A DNA stretch of 64,000 bases, from NCBI GenBank assembly GCA_963844295.1, contig CAWJNR010000001.1:82801-146800 (forward strand), given 5' to 3'. The notes below the pieces were generated by a model. That model was not told where the DNA came from. It made no database searches and was given only the letters and a program-made list of their open reading frames with translations. The stretch comes from an uncultured Actinomycetota bacterium. GTDB taxonomy: Bacteria > Actinomycetota > Actinomycetes > Mycobacteriales > SCTD01. The position numbers and the translations under genes were made by a program. This document shows, in pieces, positions 12,476-28,467 of this stretch (position 1 is its first letter; each line of letters opens with the position of its first letter).

Positions 12476-13436
12476 GTGACGACGCTCGCCGATCCGACGG
12501 CCGCCGACGGCGCCGGCCGGCCCCCGGTCCCGAGCCGGCCGCCCGGCGCGGCTCGCGCGCGCCACCGTCGGCGCCTACGTCGCCCTCACCAAGCCGCGCA
12601 TCATCGAGCTGCTGCTCGTCACGACGGTGCCGACGATGGTGCTCGCCGAGCAGGGCATGCCGTCGCTCGGGCTGGTGCTCGCCACGCTGGTCGGCGGCAC
12701 GCTCGCCGCCGGCAGCGCCAACGCCCTGAACTGCTACTACGACCGCGACATCGACGTGCGTCATGCACCGCACCGCGCGCCGTCCGCTGGCGCAGCGCAC
12801 CGTGCGCGCCGTTCAACGCGCTGGTCTTCGGGCTCGTGCTCGGCGTGCTGGCCTTCGTCGTGCTCTGCGCTGACGACCAACCTGCTGTCCGCCGTGCTCG
12901 CCGTCGCCGCGATCGCCTTCTACGTCGTCGTCTACACGATGCTGCTCAAGCGCCGCACCTCGCAGAACATCGTCTGGGGCGGCGCCGCCGGCTGCATGCC
13001 GGTGCTCATCGGCTGGTCGGCCGTGACCGGCACGCGTCGGCGTGGCCCGCGGTCGTGCTGTTCCTGGTCATCTTCTTCTGGACGCCGCCGCACTTCTGGG
13101 CGCTGGCGATGCGCTTCCGCGACGACTACGCCGCGGCCTCCGTGCCGATGCTGCCGGTCGTCGCGACGCCCGCGGTCGTGGCCGTCGCGGATCGTCGGCC
13201 TACTCCTGGGCGATGGTCGCCACCTCGCTGCTGCTCGTCGCGCCGGTCGGCCCGTCCGGCGCCGTCTACGGCGTCGAGCGCCGTGCGTGCTCGGCGCGGC
13301 GTTCCTGCGCGAGGCGCACCTGCTGCAGCGCCGCGTCCGGCGCGGCGGCGACGCCAGCGCCGATGCGGCTGTTCCACTGGTCGATCACCTACCTGGCGCT
13401 GCTGTTCCTCGCCGTCGCCGTCGACCCCTGCTCTGA
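12476..13436 (+). CDS. ctaB: Protoheme IX farnesyltransferase (heme O synthase), frameshifted as assembled (multiple)
   Basis: Conserved pieces are [21 protein letters not shown], the UbiA motif [70 protein letters not shown] and [20 protein letters not shown]. They are in successive frames. Confidence 0.87.
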
Positions 13437-13438
13437 GC

Positions 13439-14300
13439 GTGCGCGCCCGCCCGCGGGTGGCGCTGGCCACCTCCGCCGGCTTCCCCGGCCTGCACGTCGA
13501 CGAGCGCCTCGCTGCTGGCGCCGCTCGACCGGCTCGGCGTCGACGCCGAGGCCGTCCGCTGGGACGACGGGGCCGTCGACTGGGCGTCGTACGACCTCGT
13601 CGTCGTGCGCTCGACGTGGGACTACACGACCCGGCGCGAGGAGTTCCTGGCGTGGGCGGCGTCGGTGCCCCGGCTGGCGAACCCGGCCGACGTGCTGGCC
13701 TGGAACACCGACAAGCGCTACCTCGCCGAGCTGGCCGCCGCCGGCGTCCCCGTCGTCCCGACCGCCTTCGTCGCGCCCGGCGAGGCGCTACGACGTGCCG
13801 GCGCACGAGCACGTCGTCAAGCCGACGGTCTCGGCCGGTGCGCGCGACACCCGGCGCTTCGCCGCCGGCGAGGACTCGCACCGCCCACGCCGCCGGCGCT
13901 GCTCGAGGCCGGCCGGACGGTCATGGTCCAGCCGTACCAGGCGGCGGTCGACGCGGCGGGCGAGACGGCGCTGCTGCGCTTCCTCGGCGCAGCACAGCCA
14001 CGCGGCGCGCAAGGCGGCGGTGCTCGTGCCGACCCTCGCCAGCCCCGACGACGTGGCGATCGCGCCGCGGGTGGCCTCCCCGGCCGAGCTCGAGGTCGCG
14101 GAGGCCGCGCTCGCAGCGGTGCCGCATCGACGGGCCGCTGCTCTACGCGCGGGTCGACCTGGTGCCCGGCCCGGACGGCGCGCCGGTGCTCATGGAGCTC
14201 GAGCTCGACCGAGCCGTCGCTGTTCCTCCCGCAGGCGCCCGGCGCCGCCGACCGCTTCGCTCAGGCCGTCGCGGCGAGGTCAGCGGCCCGGGCTCGCTGA
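13439..14300 (+). CDS. ATP-grasp domain protein (RimK-like fold, function unknown), frameshifted as assembled (multiple)
   Basis: GTG 13439. Pieces read [107 protein letters not shown] and [23 protein letters not shown]. The 3' end overlaps the convergent ctaA end by about 21 nt. Confidence 0.6.
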
Positions 14301-15200
14301 CGACGGGCAGCCGGGACGGCGCCCGAGCGGGCCGCGGTCGCGCAGCGCGAGCACGGCGTGCACCGCCGCGACGGGCGTGAGGCAGGCGCCGACCAGGTGC
14401 AGCGCCGACGAGCAGCACCGGCAGCCCGGTGAAGTACTGCACGAAGCCGAGCGACGCCCTGGCCGAGCTCGACGGCGAGCAGCAGCGCCCATCGCCCGGA
14501 CGGCCCGCTGCGGCGCGCCGGTCGCCTTGAGCGCCAGCCAGAAGGCGACGGTGACGCCGACGAGCAGGAAGACCAGGTCGGCGTGCAGCTGGCTCATCGT
14601 CTCGGGGTCCAGGCCGGTGCGACCGGCCTCGACGTCGCCGGAGTGCGGGCCGCTGCCGGTGACGACCGTCCCGACGACGAGGACGGCGGCGACCACGACC
14701 AGCAGCAGGGTGCCGAGCTGCCGCAGCGGACGGGCGACGACCGGCGTCGGCGGCAGGTCGCCCTCGCGGGCGCGCTGGTGCAGCACGACGGCGAGCGCGA
14801 TGAGCACGATCGAGACCAGGAAGTGGCCCGACGACGGTCCACGGGTTGAGCCCGGTCAGGACGGTGATGCCGCCGAGGACCGCCTGCGCCGGGATGCCGA
14901 GCAGCACCAGCACGGCCAGCCGCCGCATGCCCGGCCGGCGCGGGCGCTGGCGCCACACGGCGACGGTGCGTGGCCAGCACGACGGCGAGCAGGACGAAGG
15001 TGAGCAGCCGGTTGCCGAACTCGATCACGCCGTGGACGGCGTACTCCTCGGTCGGCGTGTAGCTGGTCGTCGGTGCACCGCGGCCAGGTCGGGCAGCCGA
15101 GTCCGCTGGAGGTCAGCCGGACGGCGCCGCCGGTGACGACGATGGCGCTGTTGGCGACGACGCTGGCCAGCGCGAGCCGGCGGACGGTGCTGGGGGACAC
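14280..15200 (-). CDS. ctaA: Heme A synthase (COX15/CtaA family), frameshifted as assembled (multiple)
   Basis: GTG 15200 gives [43 protein letters not shown]. Other pieces are [28 protein letters not shown], and [21 protein letters not shown] in track ORF 14280..14807. Confidence 0.82.
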
Positions 15201-15204
15201 GCGC

Positions 15205-16376
15205 TCAAGCGTACGGCGGCTCGGGCAGCCGGGCCTGCCGCGCGGAGCGGCGGAGCCCGAGCACCGCGGCGACCCCGAAGCCGACCGACAGGACCACCCC
15301 GACGGAGAACAGCAGCCCCCACCGGAGGTCGCCGGCGAGCGGGGCCAGCGCGGCCGCGGCGACGCCCGAGCCGACGAACAGCGCCGCCGGCGAACAGCGA
15401 CACCATGCCGGCCCGGCCCTCCGGGACGACCTCGGTCGCCCACGCCTGCATCGTCGAGTGCATCGACGCCCAGCCGGCGCCGACGAGCAGCGCCGCTCCG
15501 GCCACCACGACCGGCGACGTCGTCAGCGCCACCCCGCCGTACGCCACGGCGAGCCCGGCGGCGCCCAGGCCGACGAGCCGCTCGGGGGCCACGACGCCCG
15601 CGACCCGCTTGACGACGCGGCTGGCGAGCAGCAGCCCGACGCCGTACAGCGCGACCAGCGCCGCCCGCCTCGGTGGGCGAGGCGCCGCGGCTCTCGACGG
15701 CAGGGGCGAGGTAGGTGAGCAGGCCGAGCAGCGCTGCGCCCTCCACCAGCGCGAGCAGCAGCACCCGGCGGCCCCAGCGGGAGCGCAGGGCGGCGCCCGG
15801 GCCCGTCGTGCGACCCGGGGCCTGAGCCGGCTCGGGCAGCCGGTGCAGCACCAGCGCCAGGACCCCCGCCGCGGCGGCCGGCAGCAGGAAGCCGACCCGC
15901 CAGGAGACGGCGGCGGCGAGCACGCCGCCCAGGCCGATCGCGGCGGTGATGCCGATCGCCGTCGCGGCGTTGAGGTCCGTGAGCACCGCCTGACGCCGGT
16001 CGAACGGCACCACGTCGCCGATGTAGACCAGCGCCGACGGCACGGCCGCGGCGATGCAGGCGCCGGTCCCCGCCCGGGCCAGCACGAGCAGCTCGAGGCT
16101 GGGGGCGAGCGCCGACAGGACGCCGAGCACGGCGGCGCCGGACAGCGCGGCGCGCAGCGTGCGGACCCGCCCGAAGCGGTCGCTGAACAGCCCCCACAGC
16201 GGCTGGCTGAGGCCGTAGGTGAGGTAGTAGAGGGACGCCACGGCCGACGTCTCGGCCAGGCCGACGTCGAAGGCCGCGGCGATGGTGAGCAGCAGCGGGG
16301 CCACGACGAAGCGGTCGAACGCGCTGGTCAGGCTGGCGGCCTGCAGCATCCTGACCTGCGAGCGGAGGTCGCTCAC
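15205..16376 (-). CDS. MFS transporter, frameshifted as assembled
   Basis: The GTG 16376 start overlaps the ABC-2 stop (GTGA); ATG 16349 is the alternative. N-terminal sequence: MLQAASLTSAFDRFVVAPLLLTIAAAFDVGLAETSAVASLYYLTYGLSQPLWGLFSDRFGRVRTLR.. C-terminal frame: LAGDLRWGLLFSVGVVLSVGFGVAAVLGLRRSARQARLPEPPYA, then the stop at 15205-15207. Confidence 0.75.
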
Positions 16377-17153
16377 TCCCAGCGGAAGAGCCGGCTGGCG
16401 GCCGCGAGCGACAGCACCGCCCACCCGGCGAGCACGAGCCAGCGGCTGCAGCGGCAGGCCCACCCCGTCGACCAGCACGTCGCGCAGGCCGGACGACAGC
16501 GCCGCGGTCGGCAGCAGCGACAGCACCGGCTCGGCCGCCGCCGAAGGCCGAGAGCGGGAAGAGGACCCCGCCGAGCACCAGCAGCACGAACCACAGCAGG
16601 TTGGCCGCGGCCAGCGTCGGTCAGGCCGCGCAGCGTGCCGCCGAGCAGCAGGCCGAGCCCGCTGAAGGCGGCCGTGCCGAGCACGACCAGGGCGAGCACC
16701 GCGAGCGACGGAGCCGCGCGGGTCCCAGCCGAGCGCGAGCCCGACCGCGGACAGCAGCGCCACCTGCAGCAGCTCGACCGCCAGCACGGCGAGCGTCTTG
16801 GCCAGCAGCAGCACCGAGCGGGGCAGCGGGGTGGCGCCGAGCCGCTTGAGCACGCCGTACTGCCGCTCGAAGCCGACGCCGATCGCCTGGCCGGTGAAGG
16901 CGGTGGACATGACGGCCAGCGCGAGGACGCCCGGCACGAAGAAGTCGGCCGCGCGCCGGCCCGTCGACCGGGATGAAGGGCACGGTCACGAGGACGACCA
17001 GCAGGCCCGAGCGGGATGACCAGGCTGAGCAGCACCTGCTCGCCGTTGCGCAGCACCAGCTTGAGCTCGGCGACGGTCTGCGCGGCCAGCATCCGCGCGC
17101 AGCGGGGCGGCGCCGGGCCGGGGCGCGAGCGCTCCGGGCGCCCAGGCCGTCAC
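16373..17153 (-). CDS. ABC-2 type transporter permease, frameshifted as assembled; start uncertain (GTG 17153 or ATG 17092)
   Basis: Pieces read MLAAQTVAELKLVLRNGEQVLLSLVIPL, PGVLALAVMSTAFTGQAIGVGFERQYGVLKRLGATPLPRSVLLLAKTLAVLAVELLQVALLSAVGLALGW and LVLAGWAVLSLAAASRLFRWE. GTG 17153 would overlap the ATPase stop. Confidence 0.75.
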
Positions 17154-18082
17154 GTGCGCAGCCCCCGGCCGGTCAGCTCGAGGAAGACGTCCTCGAGGCT
17201 GCGCTGCTCGACCCGCAGGTCGGTCGGCCATCGCGTCGTTGGTCGGCGCACCAGGCGGTGACGGTGGCGAGCACCTGCGGGTCGATGGCCGCGCCGTGCG
17301 GGCCCTCGACGAGGTACTGCCCGGCCGGCGACTCCTTGGCCGCGCAGCCCGGGGGCAGGGCCATCAGCAGCTGGTCGAGGTCGAGCCCCGGCGTGGAGGC
17401 GGAAGCGCAGCTGGCCGGTCGCGCCGCGCGGGTCAGCTCGTGCACCGTGCCCGGCGGCGACGACCCGGCCGTGGTCGACGACGACGACGTCGTCGGCCAG
17501 CCGCTCGGCCTCGTCGAGCAGGTGGGTCGTGAGCACGATGGTCACGCCGTCGGCGCGCAGCGCCTCGACCAGCTCCCAGGTGGCGTGCCGCGCCTGCGGG
17601 TCGAGCCCGGCCGTCGGCTCGTCGAGGAAGACCAGCTCGGGCCGCCCGACGACGGCCAGCGCCAGCGACAGCCGCTGCTGCTGGCCGCCGGACAGCCGGC
17701 GGTACGGCGTGCGGGCGACCTCGACCAGGCCGAGCCGGTCGAGCAGGTCGTCCGGGTCGAGCGGGTGGGCGGCGTAGGAGGCGACCAGGCGCAGCATCTC
17801 GCCGCAGCGCAGGCCCGGGTAGGCGCCGCCGGCCTGCGGCATGACGCCGACCCGCGGGCGCAGCGCCGGGTCGCGGGGCGACAGCCCCAGCACCCGCACC
17901 TGCCGGCGTCGGCGGTGCGGAAGCCCTGGCAGACCTCGACCGTCGTCGTCTTGCCGGCGCCGTTCGGGCCGAGCAGCGCGAGCACCGTGCCGGGCCGCAC
18001 CTGCAGCGACAGCTCGTCGACGACCGCGCCGCCCGCCGTACGGCTTGACCAGCCCGACGACGTCGAGAGCGGGCGCGGTCAC
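17150..18082 (-). CDS. ABC transporter ATP-binding protein (pairs with the ABC-2 permease), frameshifted as assembled
   Basis: GTG 18082. Walker A LLGPNGAGKTTT lies in an alternative frame (ORF 17542..18000). The central region is intact: [70 protein letters not shown]. The end is SLEDVFLELTGRG. Confidence 0.85.
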   Translation of the reverse strand: MTAPALDVVGLVKPYGGRRGRRRAVAAGAARHGARAARPERRRQDDDGRGLPGLPHRRRRQVRVLGLSPRDPALRPRVGVMPQAGGAYPGLRCGEMLRLVASYAAHPLDPDDLLDRLGLVEVARTPYRRLSGGQQQRLSLALAVVGRPELVFLDEPTAGLDPQARHATWELVEALRADGVTIVLTTHLLDEAERLADDVVVVDHGRVVAAGHGARADPRGATGQLRFRLHAGARPRPAADGPAPGLRGQGVAGRAVPRRGPARRGHRPAGARHRHRLVRRPTTRWPTDLRVEQRSLEDVFLELTGRGLRT

Positions 18083-18216
18083 GGCTCCAGGGTACGGGGG
18101 CAGCGCCCGGACCGCCCTGCGCGCGGCGCAGGTGAGGGCGCCCTTCGTGGCGGCGTCACCGCGCCCGGGCCCCGGCTGCGTTCGACGCGGGGCAGCATTT
18201 ACGCGACACTGGCGTT

Positions 18217-18880
18217 GTGAAAACCGTGGAGCAGAGCAGAGCGCAGGGGTCGGGCACGCGCGAGCGCGTCCGCTCGCTGCTGCTCGCGCTCGGCCCGTCG
18301 ACGGCGGCCGTGCTCGGCGAGCAGCTCGGCCTGAGCCCGGCGGCGGTCCGCAAGCACCTCGACGCGCTGCTCGCCGACGGCACCGTCACCACCCGCGAGC
18401 AGCGCGTCCACGGCCTGCGCGGCCGCGGCCGGCCGGCCCGGCTCTACGCCCTCACCGACGCCGGCCACGCCGGCGGCCCGGCGGCCTACGACGACCTCGC
18501 CGTCCGGCGCGCTGCGCTTCCTGGCCGAGTCCGGCGGCACCGAGGCGCGTCGAGCGCTTCGCCCAGGCCCGCGTCGCCGAGCTCGAGGCGCGCTACGCCG
18601 AGCAGATGGCCGCGACCGACGCCGCGGACCGACCGGCGGCGCTGGCCGACGCGCTGTCCGCCGACGGCTACGCCGCCACGACCTCCGAGCACGGCACGGG
18701 CGTCCAGCTCTGCCAGCACCACTGCCCCGTGCAGCACGTCGCGGCGGAGTTCCCCCAGCTGTGCGACGCCGAGACGGCGGCCCTCGGCCGCCTGCTCGAC
18801 GTCCACGTCCAGAGACTCGCGACGATCGCCCACGGCGACGGCGTCTGCACCACCTTCATCCCGAGCGGGAAGGCACCACG

Positions 18881-18884
<4 letters not shown>
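18217..18884 (+). CDS. sufR: SufR-type (ArsR/DeoR-like winged-helix) regulator of the suf operon, frameshifted as assembled (2)
   Basis: The N-terminal HTH is [41 protein letters not shown]. The C-terminal part is in another frame and carries the Cys motif [34 protein letters not shown]. The stop overlaps the sufB ATG (ATGA at 18881-18884). Confidence 0.8.
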
Positions 18885-20299
<1,415 letters not shown>

Positions 20300-20306
20300 C
20301 AGCTCC

Positions 20307-21516
20307 ATGTCGGACGCGCTCGCCACCGAGCGCGCCGCTCTCAAGGACACCGGCGGCATCATGGACGGCTCGGTCGCGGTCGGCGTCAAGCCGTCCACCC
20401 CGCGCAGCCCGGCCGACGTGCGCCCGGAGCGGGTCCGCTCCAGCGACCCCGAGGCCTACGGCGCCCCGACCGGCCGCGAGGAGGAGTGGCGCTTCACGCC
20501 GCTCGACCGGCTGCGGCCGCTGCTCGACGGCGCCGCCGTCCGACGCCCGCCTGCAGGTCGAGAGCGAGCTGCCCGCGGGCGTCGAGCTCCTCGAGCTGGC
20601 GAGCGCGGAGCTGGACGTGCCCGTTCCCGTCGACCGGCTGTCGGCGCTCGCGCTGCAGCGGGCCGGCACGGCACTGGTCGTCCGGGTCCCCAAGGGCCTC
20701 GAGCTGACCGAGCCGGTCGTGCTCCGCCTGAGCGGCACCGGCACCGGCGAGGTCGTCTGGGGCCACGTCGTCCTCGACGTCGCCGAGCAGGCCAGCGCGA
20801 CGATCGTCGTCGAGCACACCGGCAGCGCCCACTACGCCTCGGTCGTCTCCGTGCTCGTCGGCGACGCCGCGTCGCTGCAGCTCGTGCAGGTCCAGGACTG
20901 GGCCGACGACGCCGTGCACGGCGCCCACGTCGCGACCCGCCTCGGCCGCGACGCCCGCCTCGTGTCGACCCAGGTCACCCTGGGCGGCGACCTGGTCCGT
21001 ATCGGCGAGACCGTCGACTTCACCGGCCCCGGCGGCGACGTCGAGCTGCGCGGGGTCTCCTTCGCCGACGGCGGCCAGCACCTCGAGCACCGCCTGCTGG
21101 TCGACCACACGGCGCCGAGCTGCCGCAGCCGCGTGCTCTACAAGTCCGCGCTGCAGGGCGACGAGGCGCACACCGTCTGGGTCGGCGACGTCGTCATCCG
21201 GGCGGCCGCGACCGGCACCGACACCTACGAGCTCAACCGCAACCTGCTGCTGACGCCCGAGGCGCGGGCCGACTCGGTCCCGAACCTGGAGATCGAGACC
21301 GGCGAGATCTCCGGCGCCGGCCACGCCAGCGCCACCGGCCGCTTCGACGACGAGCAGCTGTTCTACCTGCAGTCCCGCGGCATCCCGGCCGACGCCGCCC
21401 GGCGCATGGTCGTGCGCGGCTTCTTCGCCGAGGTCATCGAGGCCATCGGCGTGCCCGCCCTCGAGGAGCGCCTCATGGGCGTCGTCGAGACCGAGCTCGA
21501 GCGGGCGTTCGCATGA
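20307..21516 (+). CDS. sufD: Fe-S cluster assembly protein SufD, one frame step near 20537
   Basis: N-terminus from ATG 20307 (TTG 20292 is also possible): ..EEEWRFTPLDRLRPLLDGAA. The rest is in the +1 frame to the stop at 21516 (..HTAPSCRSRVLYKSALQGDEAHTVWVGDV..NLEIETGEISGAGHASATGRFDDEQLFYLQSRGI). Confidence 0.88.
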
Positions 21517-21853
21517 CCGCACCGCAGCAGCCCTCGCACGCCTCCGGCATGACGAAGGCCGCTCGCTGTCCGAGCTCGCCGAGGACAGCGCGATCCGCGT
21601 CGAGCTGGCCGGCCGTCCCGTGTGCATCGCCCGCTCCGGCGGCGAGGTCTTCGCGATCGCCGACGTCTGCTCGCACGCCGACGTCGCGCTGTCCGAGGGC
21701 GACGTCGAGGACGGCAAGATCGAGTGCTGGCTGCACGGCTCGCTGTTCGACCTGCGCACCGGCGAGCCCACCGGGCTGCCCGCCACGCGCCCCGTGCCCA
21801 CCTTCCCCGTGACCGTCGAGGGCGATGACGTCCTCGTGCAGATGGAGCCCTGA
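21513..21853 (+). CDS. Rieske [2Fe-2S] ferredoxin-type protein within the suf operon; at least one frame change near 21560
   Basis: ATG 21513 overlaps the sufD stop (ATGA). The C-terminal 77 aa are intact (track ORF 21620..21853) and carry the Rieske motifs [11 protein letters not shown] and ECWLHGSLF. Confidence 0.8.
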
Positions 21854-21857
21854 CCCG

Positions 21858-22663
21858 ATGACCACCCTCGAGATCCGCGGCCTGACCGTCGCCGTCGAGG
21901 ACACCGAGATCCTCACCGGCGTCGACCTCACGATCCGCTCCGGCGAGACCCACGCGATCATGGGCCCGAACGGCTCGGGCAAGTCGACGCTGGCCTACGC
22001 CATCGCCGGCCACCCGAAGTACACCGTCACCGGCGGCACCGTGACCCTCGACGGCGAGGACGTCCTCGCCATGAGCGTCGACGAGCGGGCCCGCGCCGGC
22101 GTGTTCCTGGCGATGCAGTACCCCGTCGAGGTGCCCGGCGTCTCGGTCTCGAACTTCCTGCGCTCGGCGGCCACGGCCGTCCGCGGCGAGGCCCCCAAGC
22201 TGCGCCTGTGGGTCAAGGAGCAGAAGGAGGCGATGTCGCGCCTCGAGATGGACCCGGCGTTCGCCGAGCGCAGCGTCAACGAGGGCTTCTCCGGCGGCGA
22301 GAAGAAGCGCCACGAGATCCTCCAGCTCGAGCTGCTCCAGCCGAAGATCGCCGTGCTCGACGAGACCGACTCCGGCCTGGACGTCGACGCCCTGCGCGTC
22401 GTGTCCGAGGGCGTGAACCGGGTGCGCGCGACCGGCGACACCGGCGTCCTGCTCATCACGCACTACACGCGGATCCTCAACTACATCAAGCCCGACTTCG
22501 TCCACGTCTTCGTCAAGGGCCGGATCGTCGACGAGGGCGGCCCGGAGCTCGCCGACGAGCTCGAGGCGAACGGCTACGCCAAGTACGTCGGGGCCGACAC
22601 CGCTGCGGCCGCCGGCCGCTCGCTGCCGACCGGCCCCGTGCTGCCCGGCGCGGTGACCACGGC

Positions 22664-22667
<4 letters not shown>
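21858..22667 (+). CDS. sufC: Fe-S cluster assembly ATPase SufC
   Basis: Intact from ATG 21858 ([11 protein letters not shown]..). Walker [10 protein letters not shown], signature [14 protein letters not shown], Walker [11 protein letters not shown]. Confidence 0.95.
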
Positions 22668-24395
<1,728 letters not shown>

Positions 24396-24417
24396 CCCAC
24401 TCGAGAGAAGGACAGTC

Positions 24418-24795
24418 ATGAGCGAGACGACCACCCCCGCCGAGACGGTCCTGGCGACGCCGACCGAGGCCGACGCGCCGCGGACCAAGGCGACCGACGA
24501 CGACGTCATCGAGGCGATGAAGGACGTCGTCGACCCCGAGCTCGGCATCAACGTCGTCGACCTCGGGCTGCTCTACGGCCAGCAGGTGCACGACGACAAC
24601 ACCGTCACCCTCGACATGACGCTCACCAGCGCGGCCTGCCCGCTGACCGACGTCATCGAGGACCAGACCCGGGCGGCCCTCGCGCCGCTCGTCGACGACG
24701 TGCGGATCAACTGGGTGTGGATGCCGCCGTGGGGCCCGGACAAGATCACCGACGACGGTCGGGACCAGCTGCGGGCGCTCGGCTTCAACGTCTGA
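24418..24795 (+). CDS. sufT: DUF59 (SufT/PaaD-like) Fe-S assembly protein
   Basis: Intact 125 aa with AAGGA upstream. It has the hallmark [30 protein letters not shown]. Confidence 0.9.
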   Translation: MSETTTPAETVLATPTEADAPRTKATDDDVIEAMKDVVDPELGINVVDLGLLYGQQVHDDNTVTLDMTLTSAACPLTDVIEDQTRAALAPLVDDVRINWVWMPPWGPDKITDDGRDQLRALGFNV

Positions 24796-24798
24796 CGG

Positions 24799-24825
24799 TT
24801 CGCGACGTCTGCCCCGCTTCGCGAA
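24799..24825 (+). terminator. Candidate stem-loop after sufT
   Basis: TTCGCGA (24799-24805) pairs with TCGCGAA (24819-24825) across a 13-nt loop, 4 nt after the stop. There is no U-tract. Confidence 0.25.
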
Positions 24826-24856
24826 GGGTAGGCAGCAGGGGTCGTTCTGACCCGAG

Positions 24857-25840
24857 GTGGTGACGACGGTGAGCCCCCACTCCCCGTACCCGGACCCGCG
24901 GCTCCCGCCTTGGCCGGGCTTCGCCGTGGCGGCCGAGGCGGCTGTGCGCGAGCTGGCCGACGACCTCGGCCTGGACCTGTGGCTGGTCACGGCCCTGCAG
25001 GAGGACCAGCAGGTCGTCGTCGCCGCGGCCGGGCCGTGGTCCGCGCTGGCCGCACCCGGGACGGCCTTCGCCTGGCAGGACTCGTTCTGCCTGCGGATGA
25101 CCGCGCGACAGGGTCCGACGATCGCCCCCGACGTGCACGAGGTGCCGGCCTACGCCGCGGTCGCCACCGGGGTGCTGGCCCGGGTGCGCGCCTACGTCGG
25201 CGTGCCGCTGGAGGGCGAGGACGGCACCTTCTTCGGCACGCTGTGCGCCTTCGCCGGCGACCCGCAGCCCGACTCGCTGTTCTCGGTGCTGCCGCGGGTG
25301 CAGTTCGCCGCCCAGATGCTCAGCACCCTGCTCGCGCGCGAGCAGTTCGCGCGCGAGCGGTCCGAGGAAGCGGCCGCTGCTCAGGCCCTGGCCGGGGAGG
25401 ACGGGCTCACCGGGCTGCGCAACCGGCGGAGCTGGGAGGCCGCGCTGGTGCACGAGCAGGAGCGGGTCCAGCGCTACGGCACGACCGCGGCCGTCGTGCT
25501 GCTCGACGCCCTGCGGGCGGAGGAGGACGCCTCGGAGGAGGACCTGCTCACCGGCACCGCAGCCGTGCTCCGCACCGTCGCGCGTCCGGTGGACGTCCTG
25601 GCCCGGCTCGGCGGGCACGAGTTCGGGGTGCTGGCCGTGCAGGGCACGCCCGGCGGCGTCCAGGCGCTGTCGGCGCGCCTCCGGGTGCACCTGCGCGCGG
25701 CCGGGCTGGTGGTCGCGCTCGGCACCGCCGTGCGGCGGGCAGGGGAGGACCTCAGCGACACCTGGCAGCGGGCCGATGCCGTGCTCGCCCGCGACCGCAC
25801 GCGGCGGGCGCGCCTCCCGCAGCCGGGGCCGAAGCGCTAG
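24857..25840 (+). CDS. GAF-like sensor fused to a degenerate GGDEF domain (GGHEF)
   Basis: Intact 327 aa from GTG 24857. The N-terminal half resembles GAF (..[21 protein letters not shown]). The C-terminal half has [16 protein letters not shown] and [12 protein letters not shown], with GGHEF encoded at 25610-25624. Confidence 0.8.
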   Translation: MVTTVSPHSPYPDPRLPPWPGFAVAAEAAVRELADDLGLDLWLVTALQEDQQVVVAAAGPWSALAAPGTAFAWQDSFCLRMTARQGPTIAPDVHEVPAYAAVATGVLARVRAYVGVPLEGEDGTFFGTLCAFAGDPQPDSLFSVLPRVQFAAQMLSTLLAREQFARERSEEAAAAQALAGEDGLTGLRNRRSWEAALVHEQERVQRYGTTAAVVLLDALRAEEDASEEDLLTGTAAVLRTVARPVDVLARLGGHEFGVLAVQGTPGGVQALSARLRVHLRAAGLVVALGTAVRRAGEDLSDTWQRADAVLARDRTRRARLPQPGPKR

Positions 25841-25847
25841 ACCCCGC

Positions 25848-26726
25848 CTAGACGGACCCGGAGAACGTGTCGCAGGAGTTCGGGTCGCCGGACGACAGGC
25901 CGGTCCGGAACCACGTCTGCCGCTGCTCGGCCGAGCCGTGCGTCCAGGACTCCGGGTCGACCCGGCCCTGCGCCTTCTCCTGGATCCGGTCGTCGCCGAC
26001 CGCCGCGGCTGCGGACAGGCCCTCGTCGATGTCGGCGTCGTCGATCGTGAGGTAGCCCGTGTCGACCGCGTTGGCGGCCCACACGCCGGCGTAGCAGTCG
26101 GCCTGCAGCTCCAGCCGGGTCGAGGCGCCCTGCGGACCGGTCTGGTCGGGCAGCTGCCGCGAGCGCTCGCTCTGCCCGGTGAGGTTCTGCACGTGGTGGC
26201 CGTACTCGTGCGCGATGACGTACGCCTGGGCGAAGTCGCCGCCGCTCGCGCCGTACTGGGTGCGCAGCACCTCGAAGAACGCAGGTCGAGGTAGATGCCC
26301 ATGTCCGGCGGGCAGTAGAACGGGCCGACCGCCGAGGTGGCCGAGCCGCAGGCGGTGGTCGTCGAGCCGCTGAACAGCTCGGTCTGCGCCGGCTGGTAGC
26401 CCTCGCACCGTCTCGGCCCAGTAGGCCTGCACGCTGTTGACGACGCCGACGACGCGGCAGTCCTCGTCGCGGTCGGCGTCGGCGCCGGTCCGGCAGCGCT
26501 CGTCGAGGTCGGACGTGCTCGTGCTGCCGGTGCCGGTGCCGGTGCCGAGCGACTCGCCGCCGCCGCCGAGGTCGGCCGGGTTGACGCCGAGCACCAGCGC
26601 GATCAGCAGGCCGACGATGCCGAGGCCGCCGCCGCCGATGGCCATCCCGCGACCGCCGCCGCCCCGCCGCCCCCGGACGTCGCAGACCTGCGAGGTGTCG
26701 AGGCGGGCGCTGTCGCGGAAGTCCAT
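25848..26726 (-). CDS. Neutral zinc metallopeptidase (YpfJ family) with N-terminal TM segment; internal out-of-frame stretch of about 26283-26400
   Basis: HEYGHHVQ zinc motif. The YpfJ-like sequence [11 protein letters not shown] / [39 protein letters not shown] / [31 protein letters not shown] requires one extra base (CCC run 26400-26402) and one missing base (near 26281). The net frame is restored, so the track ORF stays open. Confidence 0.85.
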   Translation of the reverse strand: MDFRDSARLDTSQVCDVRGRRGGGGRGMAIGGGGLGIVGLLIALVLGVNPADLGGGGESLGTGTGTGSTSTSDLDERCRTGADADRDEDCRVVGVVNSVQAYWAETVRGLPAGADRAVQRLDDHRLRLGHLGGRPVLLPAGHGHLPRPAFFEVLRTQYGASGGDFAQAYVIAHEYGHHVQNLTGQSERSRQLPDQTGPQGASTRLELQADCYAGVWAANAVDTGYLTIDDADIDEGLSAAAAVGDDRIQEKAQGRVDPESWTHGSAEQRQTWFRTGLSSGDPNSCDTFSGSV

Positions 26727-26845
26727 GCGGGGGGTCCTTCCACCGGGCGAGGACCGCGTACCCTAGGGGCGTGCACCTGACGCTGGACTGAGCCGTGCGG
26801 CCGTCTGCCCGCCCGAGCACGTCCCGCCCTCAGAGGAGCACTCGC

Positions 26846-28442
<1,597 letters not shown>

Positions 28443-28467
28443 CGCCCGCGCCGGCGCGCCCCCGCCG

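Noticed and set aside
3400-18500. Genuine pseudogenisation or genome decay of the PPP, heme A and Suf genes.
   Set aside because: - These are core functions.
- The fragments show no nonsense mutations, deletions or motif erosion, only single-base phase changes.
- The breaks are often in G/C runs and are clustered regionally.
- This fits a sequence-quality artefact better. Proof needs the reads.
26525-26548. Hexanucleotide repeat (GCCGGT)x3.
   Set aside because: It lies inside the YpfJ-peptidase CDS and encodes a Gly-Thr linker (GTGTGTG). This is ordinary low-complexity coding sequence.
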